DNA from: an uncultured archaeon
GTDB taxonomy: Archaea; Asgardarchaeota; Thorarchaeia; Thorarchaeales; Thorarchaeaceae
Direction of reading: 5' to 3'
Assembly (NCBI GenBank): GCA_964473825.1
Contig: CAYYQL010000004.1
Span: 1-64,000, forward strand
DNA length: 64,000 nucleotides
Shown here: positions 9,666 through 18,407 of the stretch, piece by piece
How positions within the stretch are numbered: position 1 is the first letter of the stretch
Layout: every line of letters starts with the position of its first letter
The notes under the pieces: generated by a model
Database searches by the model: none
Told to the model about the DNA's origin: nothing
What the model saw: only the letters and a program-made list of their open reading frames with translations
Program-made: the position numbers and the translations under genes

Positions 9666-9870
9666 TTCCTGCCGCATCAAGACTGAACAGGATAGTCCTG
9701 TTTTTCAAAAATAAGCAGAGCGCACAGGGCCGGGAGTCCGGTGCACTCCGAAGAAACGACCTTCTCGCTCCATATTTCAGCTTGTGTAGTTGAACCAATA
9801 CTCTACCCATATTCTCGGCAATACCTCCATCCGGGTCTCTGTCATTCTTTGAAATATTGGGAAATTCCAT
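9646..9870 (-). CDS. Small hypothetical protein
   Basis: 74-aa ORF with a perfect AGGAGGT ribosome-binding site 6 nt before the ATG; no recognisable motif. Confidence 0.35.
   Translation of the reverse strand: MEFPNISKNDRDPDGGIAENMGRVLVQLHKLKYGARRSFLRSAPDSRPCALCLFLKNRTILFSLDAAGTIYRSI
9686..9705 (+). terminator. Hairpin + T-tract after the acd-pta operon
   Basis: AACAGGA-TAG-TCCTGTT followed by TTT. Confidence 0.4.
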
Positions 9871-10006
9871 GTTTCGACCTCCTTTCTTCTTCTGACCGCG
9901 AGTGTCAACCGCGTAGCCCCCTCACTGGCCTCCTCTCGATATACATTTATGTGCCCTCGTAGAACGAGGAATTATTCGACTAGATACACAAAGGTGGTCT
10001 TATCAT

Positions 10007-10774
10007 ATGTCTGGAGGAACCACAGAGAAAAAAACGGACTCTTCAGGAGAACCCATTGATGACACGCAGACCGTTCAGGAGCTTGATTCGGTCCGGCTTG
10101 TCCGAAGCAGGCGTTCCATCCGAGAGTTCACAGGTGAGAAAATCCCGGATGAACACATTGAGATGATTCTTGATGCGGCGCGGCATGCGCCAAGTCCGGA
10201 GAATATGTTGATGATCAGGTTCGTTGTGATTCGCGACGACCAAGAAACAAAGGAATTCTTGGCCGACATCGCCCAAGAGATGGCACAGACGGCCTTTGGC
10301 GGAGCTCCCTTCGAGCTCACAAGCGGCCGCAACTGGTTCATCACCGATCCCTATCGCGCTGCAGTATATGCTCGCCTCAGGGATGGTGAGCTCTTCCGCT
10401 ATCCCGAAAAGAGCGATACATGCATTGTGGTGTGTGCGAGTGATTCTTGGCATGATGCTGGCTATCTCTATCCCAATGAGCTCTTTGGATCGGTCGTTGC
10501 GGGAATGGCTGTTCAGAATATGTGGCTAGTTGCCACTGAGCTCGGCTATGGTTGTGGATATGAGGCACTCATTTGTTCGGATCCAAGACATGCTGAACTT
10601 GTCCGTGATCGTCTTGGGCTCCCACCTATCTGGACGCCCTTGACAGCTTTCTGTGTTGGGGTCCCGATACAGGCACGGCAGCTTGGCCCAAGCAGACCTC
10701 CACTGGAAGGCCTCATGTACCAAGAACGTTGGGGCTATCCATACAAGCGGATGGCATTCAGGAAGGAGGAATGA
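10007..10774 (+). CDS. Nitroreductase family protein
   Basis: RRSIREF, ARHAPS.EN and AVQNMWLVATELGYG motifs. Confidence 0.88.
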   Translation: MSGGTTEKKTDSSGEPIDDTQTVQELDSVRLVRSRRSIREFTGEKIPDEHIEMILDAARHAPSPENMLMIRFVVIRDDQETKEFLADIAQEMAQTAFGGAPFELTSGRNWFITDPYRAAVYARLRDGELFRYPEKSDTCIVVCASDSWHDAGYLYPNELFGSVVAGMAVQNMWLVATELGYGCGYEALICSDPRHAELVRDRLGLPPIWTPLTAFCVGVPIQARQLGPSRPPLEGLMYQERWGYPYKRMAFRKEE

Positions 10775-10776
10775 GC

Positions 10777-11034
10777 ATGGAAGTTGACTTTGACAAAGAA
10801 ACAGAGGCTAAGATGGTAGAGCTAGCTGACGAGGCAAATCTTACGCCGGAGGGCTTCATTGAAGTCGTAATGAATATGTTTTGCAACAACACTGGATCCC
10901 GTGTCTACACGGGCAGGTGGTCGAAAGGTGAAGTGGATGACGTGAAAGGTATGCGCTACGTTGTGCAATGGCCGTTCAGGCCGGGCTTCATGGAAGCCAC
11001 TGGCGACCTAGTTGCTAAATGGAGGAAAGAATAA
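10777..11034 (+). CDS. Small hypothetical protein (possible N-terminal RHH-like fold, C-terminal WPFxP)
   Basis: GGAGG ribosome-binding site; tightly coupled within the operon. Confidence 0.7.
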   Translation: MEVDFDKETEAKMVELADEANLTPEGFIEVVMNMFCNNTGSRVYTGRWSKGEVDDVKGMRYVVQWPFRPGFMEATGDLVAKWRKE

Positions 11035-11306
11035 TGGCGAAGTACAGAGATCATCCAACCGGAGAATGGCCATTCTACCCAAGACTTGAGGAAGGCGACA
11101 TTGAGCACGAGTACTGGACCACAAAGAAGATGGCTCATCAGGCCTTAATCAACGACCGCAAGGGGCGAATTGTCTTACTCATGGAAGGAGACAAGTATGA
11201 CGCTTTCCTTGATAAGGTCAAGGAACGTATGGGAAACATGTGGGCAAGTTCAGTAGATGCTGCTGTCCACGCGGCAATTGAAGACTGGATGCAGAAGGAG
11301 GAATGA
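11034..11306 (+). CDS. Small hypothetical protein (N-terminal WPFxP, possible C-terminal RHH-like fold)
   Basis: TAATG stop/start overlap with the previous gene; GGAGG upstream. Confidence 0.7.
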   Translation: MAKYRDHPTGEWPFYPRLEEGDIEHEYWTTKKMAHQALINDRKGRIVLLMEGDKYDAFLDKVKERMGNMWASSVDAAVHAAIEDWMQKEE

Positions 11307-11671
11307 GAAAAGTGACACAATTACAAGAATTCTTCCAATTCCTGATGGCACAGGTCCGCGACAAACCGAATCTCAAGGAAACGCTGGCAGAATGGGTAGG
11401 ACCATACGATGGTAAGGTACTACAGCTTCAAACCAACGAGGGCGATCAGTACATAGTCATCACGAAAGATGGGATGACCCTCCATGATGGTATGTATCCA
11501 AGCCCCGACGTGGTCTACAAGGCCAGCGCAGAGACTATCTTGGGAATCTTCACAGGAGAAACTCCGTTCAGAGATACCATGAAGGATGGCAGTCTTGTTG
11601 TCATCGGCAATGCTCATGAAAGCAATCCTTTAGCAAATCTCATCCTTGAAGCCATGACCGGCGCGTTCTAG
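11303..11671 (+). CDS. SCP2 sterol/lipid carrier domain protein
   Basis: PDVVYKASAETILGIFTGE...MKDGSLVVIGN matches the SCP2 C-terminal pattern. Confidence 0.75.
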   Translation: MRKVTQLQEFFQFLMAQVRDKPNLKETLAEWVGPYDGKVLQLQTNEGDQYIVITKDGMTLHDGMYPSPDVVYKASAETILGIFTGETPFRDTMKDGSLVVIGNAHESNPLANLILEAMTGAF

Positions 11672-11674
11672 GAG

Positions 11675-12808
11675 GTGCTGAGCGTGGATGTCAAACGCAT
11701 TGCCGTCATAGGTTCCGGGCTCATGGGTTCGGGAATTGCCTATGTCTCGGCGTGGCAGGGTTACGATGTCACACTGGTGGACATTAAACAGGATATACTG
11801 GACAAGGGCATGGAGCGGATCCGCTCTGATGTCATGACGGGCATTGAGAAAGGCAAGATTAGCCTCCCTGAGGCTGAGAGCTTGATGAGCAATCTCCATG
11901 CGACGACTGACACAGGAGAAGCAGTCAAAGATGCAGATCTCGTGATCGAGGCCATCTTCGAGAACATGGAGGTCAAGAAGAAGGTCTTTGCTGAGGTTGA
12001 TGAGAAGGCTCCCGAAAAAACCATACTTGCCACCAATACCTCTTCACTCAGTATAGATGAGCTAGCTAGCGCGACGGAGCGACCAGAGAAGTTCATTGGT
12101 ATGCACTACTTCTCCCCGGTCGCAGCCATGAAGCTCATAGAAGTGGTGGTTGGCGAGAAGACCAGTGATGAAACAATCGAAACTGCCATGGCTGTGGGCA
12201 AGAAGCAGGGGAAGATTCCTGTGAAGGCCAAGGACAGCCCGGGCTTCATTGTGAATCGTATTCTCATGCCCGTTCTTAGAGAGGCAATAATTCTCTATGA
12301 GGATGGGGTGGCAACCAAAGAGGAGATCGACTCCGCCATGACCACAAAGGCAAAGTTTCCAGCTGGTCCATTTACCTTGGGTGACTTCGTGGGGCTTGAT
12401 ATTGCCTATCATGCCATGAGCACTCTATATCGAGAGCTTGGTGACTGCTTCAAACCACCTGATACTCTGAAGGAGCTTGTTGACAACGGTCATATTGGTA
12501 CCAAGTCAAAGAAAGGCTTCTACGAATATGGTGGAACACAGACTGAAGCCCCTGAACCAAAAGGTGTCGACCCCGACTGGTTGGTGGACAGAATCACCAT
12601 ACCTGTCATCCGCGAGGCGATGATTCTCGTTGACGAGGGCATTGCCGCCAAGGAGGACATAGACAAGGCCATGAAACTTGGTGCCAGCTTCCCCAAAGGC
12701 CCCTTTGAGATGGCCGAAGAATATGGGCTGGACACTGTGAAGAAGAAGATTGCGGAACTCGAGGAAAAACACGGCGAGTGCTACAGCGTTCCGAAGATGT
12801 TGCAGTAA
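11675..12808 (+). CDS. hbd: 3-hydroxyacyl-CoA dehydrogenase (duplicated C-terminal domain)
   Basis: GSGLMGSGIA, EAIFE, NTSSL, GMHYFSP and PGFIVNR; the 3HCDH C-domain occurs twice (FPAGPF/FPKGPF). Confidence 0.92.
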   Translation: MLSVDVKRIAVIGSGLMGSGIAYVSAWQGYDVTLVDIKQDILDKGMERIRSDVMTGIEKGKISLPEAESLMSNLHATTDTGEAVKDADLVIEAIFENMEVKKKVFAEVDEKAPEKTILATNTSSLSIDELASATERPEKFIGMHYFSPVAAMKLIEVVVGEKTSDETIETAMAVGKKQGKIPVKAKDSPGFIVNRILMPVLREAIILYEDGVATKEEIDSAMTTKAKFPAGPFTLGDFVGLDIAYHAMSTLYRELGDCFKPPDTLKELVDNGHIGTKSKKGFYEYGGTQTEAPEPKGVDPDWLVDRITIPVIREAMILVDEGIAAKEDIDKAMKLGASFPKGPFEMAEEYGLDTVKKKIAELEEKHGECYSVPKMLQ

Positions 12809-12817
12809 TCCTCTTTA

Positions 12818-12852
12818 GGTAGGGATTATTCCCTACCGTTTCCCTTTTTTTC
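12818..12852 (+). terminator. GC hairpin followed by T-tract
   Basis: GGTAGGGA-TTAT-TCCCTACC, a 7-nt spacer, then T8, directly after the hbd stop. Confidence 0.6.
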
Positions 12853-12906
12853 TGTGAACTCTTTATAAGTGGCGGTTTCAAATGCAAGAATACAGTTTCC
12901 AGGAAG

Positions 12907-13728
12907 GTGGTTACAATACCAGAGTTTGAGACAATGCTATACGAGAAGGCAGGTTCTTTTCTTTCTCCTGCCAAGAACACCGCTGTAATCAAGTTCAACC
13001 GAGTTGATGCGTTGAACGCAATCAATGACCAATTCATTGAGGACCTAGTAGCTGCCCTCGATGAGGCCGAAAAGGATCCCGAGGTCCGTTCTGTGGTTCT
13101 TGCTTCTGCACATGCCAAAGTGTACTGCACAGGTGCAGACCTCAAGATGGCCCAAGGTCTCCTCGGGAAGCCCGATGAAGTCAGGGACCTGGTAGCACAG
13201 GGACAGAAAGCAATCGATAAGATTGCCACCCTCAGCAAGCCGGTCATTGCTGCCATCCATGGTCTATGCCTAGGAGGTGGCACAGAGATCGCCCTCGCAT
13301 GTGACATCAGAATCGCCGACGAAGAGGCAAAGATTGGCACTCCTGAAGTAAGCCTAGGTCTTATCCCTGCATGGGGTGGTTGTGTGCGTTTGCCACGCAT
13401 CATCGGTCTTGGCAAGGCTATGGAGCTCATCCTGACAGGTGGCCAGATAACAGCCCAAGAAGCACTCGAGCTCAATCTTGTGAGCAAGGTCACATCGCCT
13501 GAAGAGCTGATGAGCCAGGCCATGTGGTATGGTGCGAAGCTTGGCGGTAATGCACCTATTGCACTGAAGTATGCTAAGAAAGCCACTCATATGGCCTTTG
13601 AAGAGGAATATGATGACAATCTCGAGTTCGAGGTTGAGGCAGCAGTTGAGTGTTTCAAGACGAAAGATTTGGCAGAAGGCATTTCAGCCGTGTTTGAGAA
13701 GCGTCGCGGCAAATTCACCGGCGAATAG
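12907..13728 (+). CDS. Enoyl-CoA hydratase/isomerase
   Basis: YCTGADL, GGGTEIALACDIR and PEVSLGLIP (both catalytic Glu present). Confidence 0.92.
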   Translation: MVTIPEFETMLYEKAGSFLSPAKNTAVIKFNRVDALNAINDQFIEDLVAALDEAEKDPEVRSVVLASAHAKVYCTGADLKMAQGLLGKPDEVRDLVAQGQKAIDKIATLSKPVIAAIHGLCLGGGTEIALACDIRIADEEAKIGTPEVSLGLIPAWGGCVRLPRIIGLGKAMELILTGGQITAQEALELNLVSKVTSPEELMSQAMWYGAKLGGNAPIALKYAKKATHMAFEEEYDDNLEFEVEAAVECFKTKDLAEGISAVFEKRRGKFTGE

Positions 13729-13737
13729 AGCCCTTCC

Positions 13738-13773
13738 GATCCCGCTGAATGCGGGATCCGTCCTCTTTTTTTT
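13738..13773 (+). terminator. GC hairpin followed by T-tract
   Basis: GATCCCGC-TGAAT-GCGGGATC, a 7-nt spacer, then T8. Confidence 0.6.
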
Positions 13774-13784
13774 GGTGGAACTGT

Positions 13785-14102
13785 CTAACGATTCCGTTCA
13801 TACTCTTTTAGGGCCTTGTTGGCAGCTCTCTTGATGGCCTTAAACATTTTATCAAATATTGGCTTGAACGACTCTTCTTTGCATTCGCCATATCCATGAG
13901 GATGAAAGAAGGCCACCAGCTTTCCGTCTGAGTCTAGGATCTGGAAGGTCGGTCTAGGTAGTGGGCCCGGAATCTTTTCCTCTAGCTCTTTTGGTTCTAT
14001 CTTCTTCATTTGGAATTGTGCCGTTTTGAATTTCTCAAATGCAACTGGAATCTCTCTCTGCCTTGCGTTATCCATTGCCTGAAATCGAGGAGGTTTGACC
14101 AT
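13785..14102 (-). CDS. Hypothetical protein
   Basis: 105-aa Lys-rich ORF in a gap between + strand genes. Confidence 0.7.
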   Translation of the reverse strand: MVKPPRFQAMDNARQREIPVAFEKFKTAQFQMKKIEPKELEEKIPGPLPRPTFQILDSDGKLVAFFHPHGYGECKEESFKPIFDKMFKAIKRAANKALKEYERNR

Positions 14103-14425
14103 GTCAATCGGTCAGTCGAACGAGCTTTGTTCACTTCACTCTTCCGTTTTGGTTGCTGCTAGTTCTGCTCACGTATCTGGTATAGGCTACTATTCCTTAC
14201 TGAGTTGTCTTTATTGAGAAAATAGCTGGAATCTACGCAGATTGACTCGTCCCAGCACAATCCCGAATTCATGTGAAGTATCGATAGCAAGCTCTTTCCT
14301 GATAGAATGGATGAGCTCTATCCACCTGACTCTTCCGTCAACCTTAAGACCTCTCCGTCAAACCTAGCCTAACTCTATAATCACATATCCGGGGCACGAC
14401 CTAAGTTGCCCATGGAGGTAGAAAA

Positions 14426-15592
14426 ATGGCGAGAAAAGTAGCTGTTGTAGCTGGAGGCCATGCGAAGTTCGGTAAACGTCTGGATGCAACCATGCGTGAG
14501 CTGAGTGCCGAGGCCTACAAGCCAATCTATGATGCAGGAATAACTCAAGACATGATTGATGCGACTGTTCTCTCCTATGCGGCATCCCAATTCACGGGTC
14601 AGGGTGCAGGCTCTGCCCTGATTGCGGACTACCTGGGTCTTCACGACAAGCCGCATCTGAGAGTGGAATCTGCTTGCACTACCGGTACCGCTTCCTTACG
14701 GGCGGCGTGGGGAATGGTAGCTTCAGGCCTATATGACGTGATGCTTGTACTTGGTGTCGAACAGATGAATCGTGTTTCATCGTCCACGGCCACAGAATAC
14801 ATGTCACAGGCCGGAGACATGAGGTGGGAATACCCCTATGGGATCTCGTTTCCCGCCTTCTATGCGTTGATGGCTTCAAGATATATGGCGGAGTACGATA
14901 TGCCTCATGAGGTTCTGTCGAAGATTTCAGTGAAGTCCCATCACTATGGGGCACAGAACCCAAAGGCACATCTTCCTCGAGAAGTATCCCTCGAGGAGGC
15001 AAACAATGCCATCCCAATCTGCAGGCCTCTGAATCTATACGACTGTTCTCTCATTAGTGATGGTGCAGCGGCTGTCGTAATTGCAGCGGAAGACAGAGTG
15101 AAAGAATTCACAGACGAACCCATGTGGATCAAGGGTATTGGTGCGGGAGCTTCCTCCATGATGATCCAAAGCCGTGAGAGTCTGACGTCGATACCTGGTG
15201 CGAAGAGAGCAGCCAAGGCGGCTTACAAGATGGCTGGCGTCGAGCCCAAGGATATTGACATGGCAGAAGTACACGACTGCTTCACGATTGCCGAGCTGAT
15301 TGCCTATGAGGACCTTGGTTTCGCAGAACCCGGCAAAGGTCGCGAGCTCATCGAGAACAAGGAAGTCTATCATGATGGCAAGATACCGGTCAACTGCGAC
15401 GGAGGGCTGAAGAGCAAGGGTCACCCCTTGGGTGCGACAGGCGTGTCCATGACATATGAAATAATGAAGCAGATGAGAGGGGAATCTGAGGCGCCATCTC
15501 GGCAGATTGATGACGTTAAGCTGGGACTGGCCCACAATGTGGGTCAATCTGGACAGTTCGTCAACATCTTCATCTTTGAGAGGGGTTGGTAA
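14426..15592 (+). CDS. Thiolase (archaeal/SCP-x type acetyl-CoA acetyltransferase)
   Basis: ESACTTG, EVHDCFT, GGLKSKGHPLGATG and AHNVG motifs. Confidence 0.92.
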   Translation: MARKVAVVAGGHAKFGKRLDATMRELSAEAYKPIYDAGITQDMIDATVLSYAASQFTGQGAGSALIADYLGLHDKPHLRVESACTTGTASLRAAWGMVASGLYDVMLVLGVEQMNRVSSSTATEYMSQAGDMRWEYPYGISFPAFYALMASRYMAEYDMPHEVLSKISVKSHHYGAQNPKAHLPREVSLEEANNAIPICRPLNLYDCSLISDGAAAVVIAAEDRVKEFTDEPMWIKGIGAGASSMMIQSRESLTSIPGAKRAAKAAYKMAGVEPKDIDMAEVHDCFTIAELIAYEDLGFAEPGKGRELIENKEVYHDGKIPVNCDGGLKSKGHPLGATGVSMTYEIMKQMRGESEAPSRQIDDVKLGLAHNVGQSGQFVNIFIFERGW

Positions 15593-15594
15593 GA

Positions 15595-16026
15595 ATGGCA
15601 GAGAAAGATATGGACATCTACCTTGGTTATACAACTGACAAAGCCGTGACACCGTTCTATCGGAAATTCTTGTCCGCATTGGACGACAAGAAGCTCATGA
15701 AAAGTGTGTGTCCGGAGTGTAACACGGAGTATCTTCCCCCACGCGAGTATTGCCAGAAATGCATGACTAAGTCAGAGCTCAAGGAGTTCACCGAGAGAGA
15801 GGCAAAACTCTACAGCTATGTTATTGTAGACTTTCCACCCGAGAGCATGTCTTCACGTGCACCCTATGTGGTGGGCATCGGAGAGTTCCCATCCGGTAAA
15901 CGACTGACTGCGCACATTACTAATCTCATGAGTCAGCCTGAGGTCGGAATGGATCTGAAGCTTGCCTTTGAAACCGTGGAAGAATCTGTGGGCTCGAAGA
16001 AAATCACATACAAATGGCTTGTCTAG
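15595..16026 (+). CDS. DUF35 Zn-ribbon/OB-fold thiolase partner
   Basis: CPEC...PPREYCQKC plus an OB fold; directly downstream of the thiolase. Confidence 0.9.
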   Translation: MAEKDMDIYLGYTTDKAVTPFYRKFLSALDDKKLMKSVCPECNTEYLPPREYCQKCMTKSELKEFTEREAKLYSYVIVDFPPESMSSRAPYVVGIGEFPSGKRLTAHITNLMSQPEVGMDLKLAFETVEESVGSKKITYKWLV

Positions 16027-16031
16027 TTCAA

Positions 16032-16062
16032 TGAAGGGGACCTCCCCTTCAACCACTCTTTT
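16032..16062 (+). terminator. Hairpin + T-rich tract between convergent genes
   Basis: TGAAGGGG-ACCT-CCCCTTCA followed by ACCACTCTTTTT. Confidence 0.45.
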
Positions 16063-16408
16063 TCTCTATAGATGATGATTCTAAGATATTTGCCCACTTG
16101 GAAAACAGAGCCACATCACGTAACGTCTGAAGGTAGAGCGCGGTTCCACCCCTGAAATCACAAGAGTCCAGCTCCCCGATTGTTTCGTCAATAATTCGAG
16201 TGATATCCCGCATCCGTCGCCACCCTTCATTTCTTCGATAACCACAGAAGACGATATCTTGTGCTCGGCCGGGGCATTCCGGTTTCCAGGCGTCGACGAA
16301 GAGTTCCTGCTCAGACGCCGATGTCTGCAACTGGTATGTTGACTCAATGGCGTTTTTCATCGCGAGCAGCGACTCTTTCCAGACCTGTTGCCTTCTCGTG
16401 TGATACAT
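16049..16408 (-). CDS. Hypothetical protein
   Basis: 119-aa ORF filling the gap. Confidence 0.6.
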   Translation of the reverse strand: MYHTRRQQVWKESLLAMKNAIESTYQLQTSASEQELFVDAWKPECPGRAQDIVFCGYRRNEGWRRMRDITRIIDETIGELDSCDFRGGTALYLQTLRDVALFSKWANILESSSIEKKSG

Positions 16409-16560
16409 CTCTTGTCACCGTAGTTTCTCTTGTCGCTGGCTGCAAACTGATACATAAATCTGACCTTGATTGTTGGAACACATGTTCTAAGGGATTGTCG
16501 CGAAGCCTTATTACCCAGTAGAACAGGATTCTTGCCTGTAATCCCGAAGAGGAGTGGAAG

Positions 16561-17346
16561 ATGACAGAGGATGACGTTCTATACAAGATAGATTCTGGAG
16601 TGGCGACTATCACTATCAACCGACCGATGAAGTACAATGCATTGAACTCTACTGTGGTCAATAGGCTAACCGAGTTGATGAAGAGTGCAGAAGCGGACGA
16701 TTCTGTGCGTGCGATAATCTTGACAGGAGCAGGGGAAAAGGCCTTTGCTGCTGGTGCTGACATCTCTGAGTTCAAAGGCAAAGATTCCGCCAGCGTACGA
16801 CCCTTGGCCGAAAATGGGCAGAATCTGTGCAAGTATATTGAGTCTATGTCCAAACCAGTCATTGCAGCAGTTAATGGCTTTGCATTGGGCGGCGGCTGTG
16901 AGATTGCAATGTCGTGCGATATCCGATATTCATCAGCTAATGCCAAGTTCGGACAGCCTGAGATCAACCTTGGAATCATACCCGGATTCGGAGGAACCGT
17001 GAGGCTTCCGAGATTAGTCGGGCTTGGCCTGGCTAAAGAACTGGTCTACACTGGAGATCAGATAGATGCCCACGAGGCTTATCGAATAGGCCTAGTCAAC
17101 AAGGTCTTTGATGATTGTGAATCGCTGTACGAGGCCACAGAGGCACTGGCCAAGAAGCTTGCTCGGAAGGCGGGTGTCGCATTAGACTTCGCTAAGGCGT
17201 CACTCAATAGGGCCTGGGCATTGCCATTGGGCGACAACCTCGAGTTCGAAGTTGATGTCTTCTGCAAGACCTTCGATACCGAGGACATGGAGGAAGGTGT
17301 GGACGCTTTCTTGGAGAAGCGAAAACCCGAGTTCAAACACAAGTAA
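16561..17346 (+). CDS. crt: Enoyl-CoA hydratase (crotonase)
   Basis: AFAAGADI, GGGCEIAMSCD and QPEINLGIIPGFGGT motifs. Confidence 0.92.
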   Translation: MTEDDVLYKIDSGVATITINRPMKYNALNSTVVNRLTELMKSAEADDSVRAIILTGAGEKAFAAGADISEFKGKDSASVRPLAENGQNLCKYIESMSKPVIAAVNGFALGGGCEIAMSCDIRYSSANAKFGQPEINLGIIPGFGGTVRLPRLVGLGLAKELVYTGDQIDAHEAYRIGLVNKVFDDCESLYEATEALAKKLARKAGVALDFAKASLNRAWALPLGDNLEFEVDVFCKTFDTEDMEEGVDAFLEKRKPEFKHK

Positions 17347-17377
17347 CTACTCTGACGATGAGCTCTCCTCGAGCTCA

Positions 17378-18367
17378 TCACTTCTTGTGTGTGAAAAGAA
17401 TCCCACTATTATCCTTCTCAACAAGACCTCTCGCAGTGAGTTCCGAGATGTGTTTCTTCAACATGAATTCCTCAAAGATGTAGAAGAGCTTGTGAGGAAT
17501 TCGCGGGTAGATGGTTGGACGCTGCTTCAGCTTTTCAATGGTGTCATATCCCTCGTCTATTGCCTTCAGGATTCTTCTATCTCTGTTGTCGAAATCAAGC
17601 AGGTAGCATTGTAGGCGTTCAATCAGGCCGTCCGTCACGGGGTCCATCAAATGACTGCTTATTCCCATCACGGGCTTATGGTCGATAATCCTTCGTATTG
17701 ACCTGCGGAAATCAGCAATATCACTCACGGTGTTTCCATACCACGCTCCAAATCTGGTCAAGTCAATGTCGACAAGGAAGATAGTCTTGGTGTCACCTAT
17801 GCCGAAACATGTATGATCTAAGGTGTGTCCTGGAGTATGCATTGCGATAAGGTCGATGGCCCCACAGCTGATCCGGTCTCCTTCCTCAAAAAAGCCAGTC
17901 ACAACATAGTCTGAGGTCACATGTGGCAACCGCTTCTTCAGATAGGACTCCCATTCATCGAAGTACTCGTGGCCCGAGATGCCATAGAAATCAACCATTC
18001 CATCGAAGGTTGTCACCGCCTTCTCCCCGCTGGGATGACAGAGCACTTCACAATCAGCCACTCGCCTTATCTCCTCTGCGTGGCCCTTGTGATCGATATG
18101 AAAGTGGGTCAGCAGTATCTGTTCGATATCCCTCAGTTCGTAACCCAGATCATGCAGTGTTCTTTCAATATGATGCAATTCGGCTCCTGCGTCTATGAGG
18201 GTTAGAACCTCATCATCGATGAATAGCGAGTTCGCCTGGGGGAATCTGGCTCTATCCGCGCCTCGTATCAGGTGTACTCCGCTACAGACCTCTTTGTGGA
18301 CATCGTATGGGGGCATCGGGAGAGTATCATCTCCACATGCTGATAATATCTCTGGCGGTTGATTCAT
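17378..18367 (-). CDS. MBL-fold metallo-hydrolase
   Basis: THFHIDH, HTPGHT and a downstream D and H; C-terminal wHTH-like tail. Confidence 0.88.
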   Translation of the reverse strand: MNQPPEILSACGDDTLPMPPYDVHKEVCSGVHLIRGADRARFPQANSLFIDDEVLTLIDAGAELHHIERTLHDLGYELRDIEQILLTHFHIDHKGHAEEIRRVADCEVLCHPSGEKAVTTFDGMVDFYGISGHEYFDEWESYLKKRLPHVTSDYVVTGFFEEGDRISCGAIDLIAMHTPGHTLDHTCFGIGDTKTIFLVDIDLTRFGAWYGNTVSDIADFRRSIRRIIDHKPVMGISSHLMDPVTDGLIERLQCYLLDFDNRDRRILKAIDEGYDTIEKLKQRPTIYPRIPHKLFYIFEEFMLKKHISELTARGLVEKDNSGILFTHKK

Positions 18368-18407
18368 ATTGGGGGCTCGTACTGATTCTATACCATAACA
18401 TAGCCTG

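Noticed and set aside
12606-13586. 326-aa minus-strand ORF (and similar ones at 15035-15679, 16344-16979, 21061-21666, 24301-24852)
   Set aside because: These are antisense shadows of well-supported + strand enzymes.
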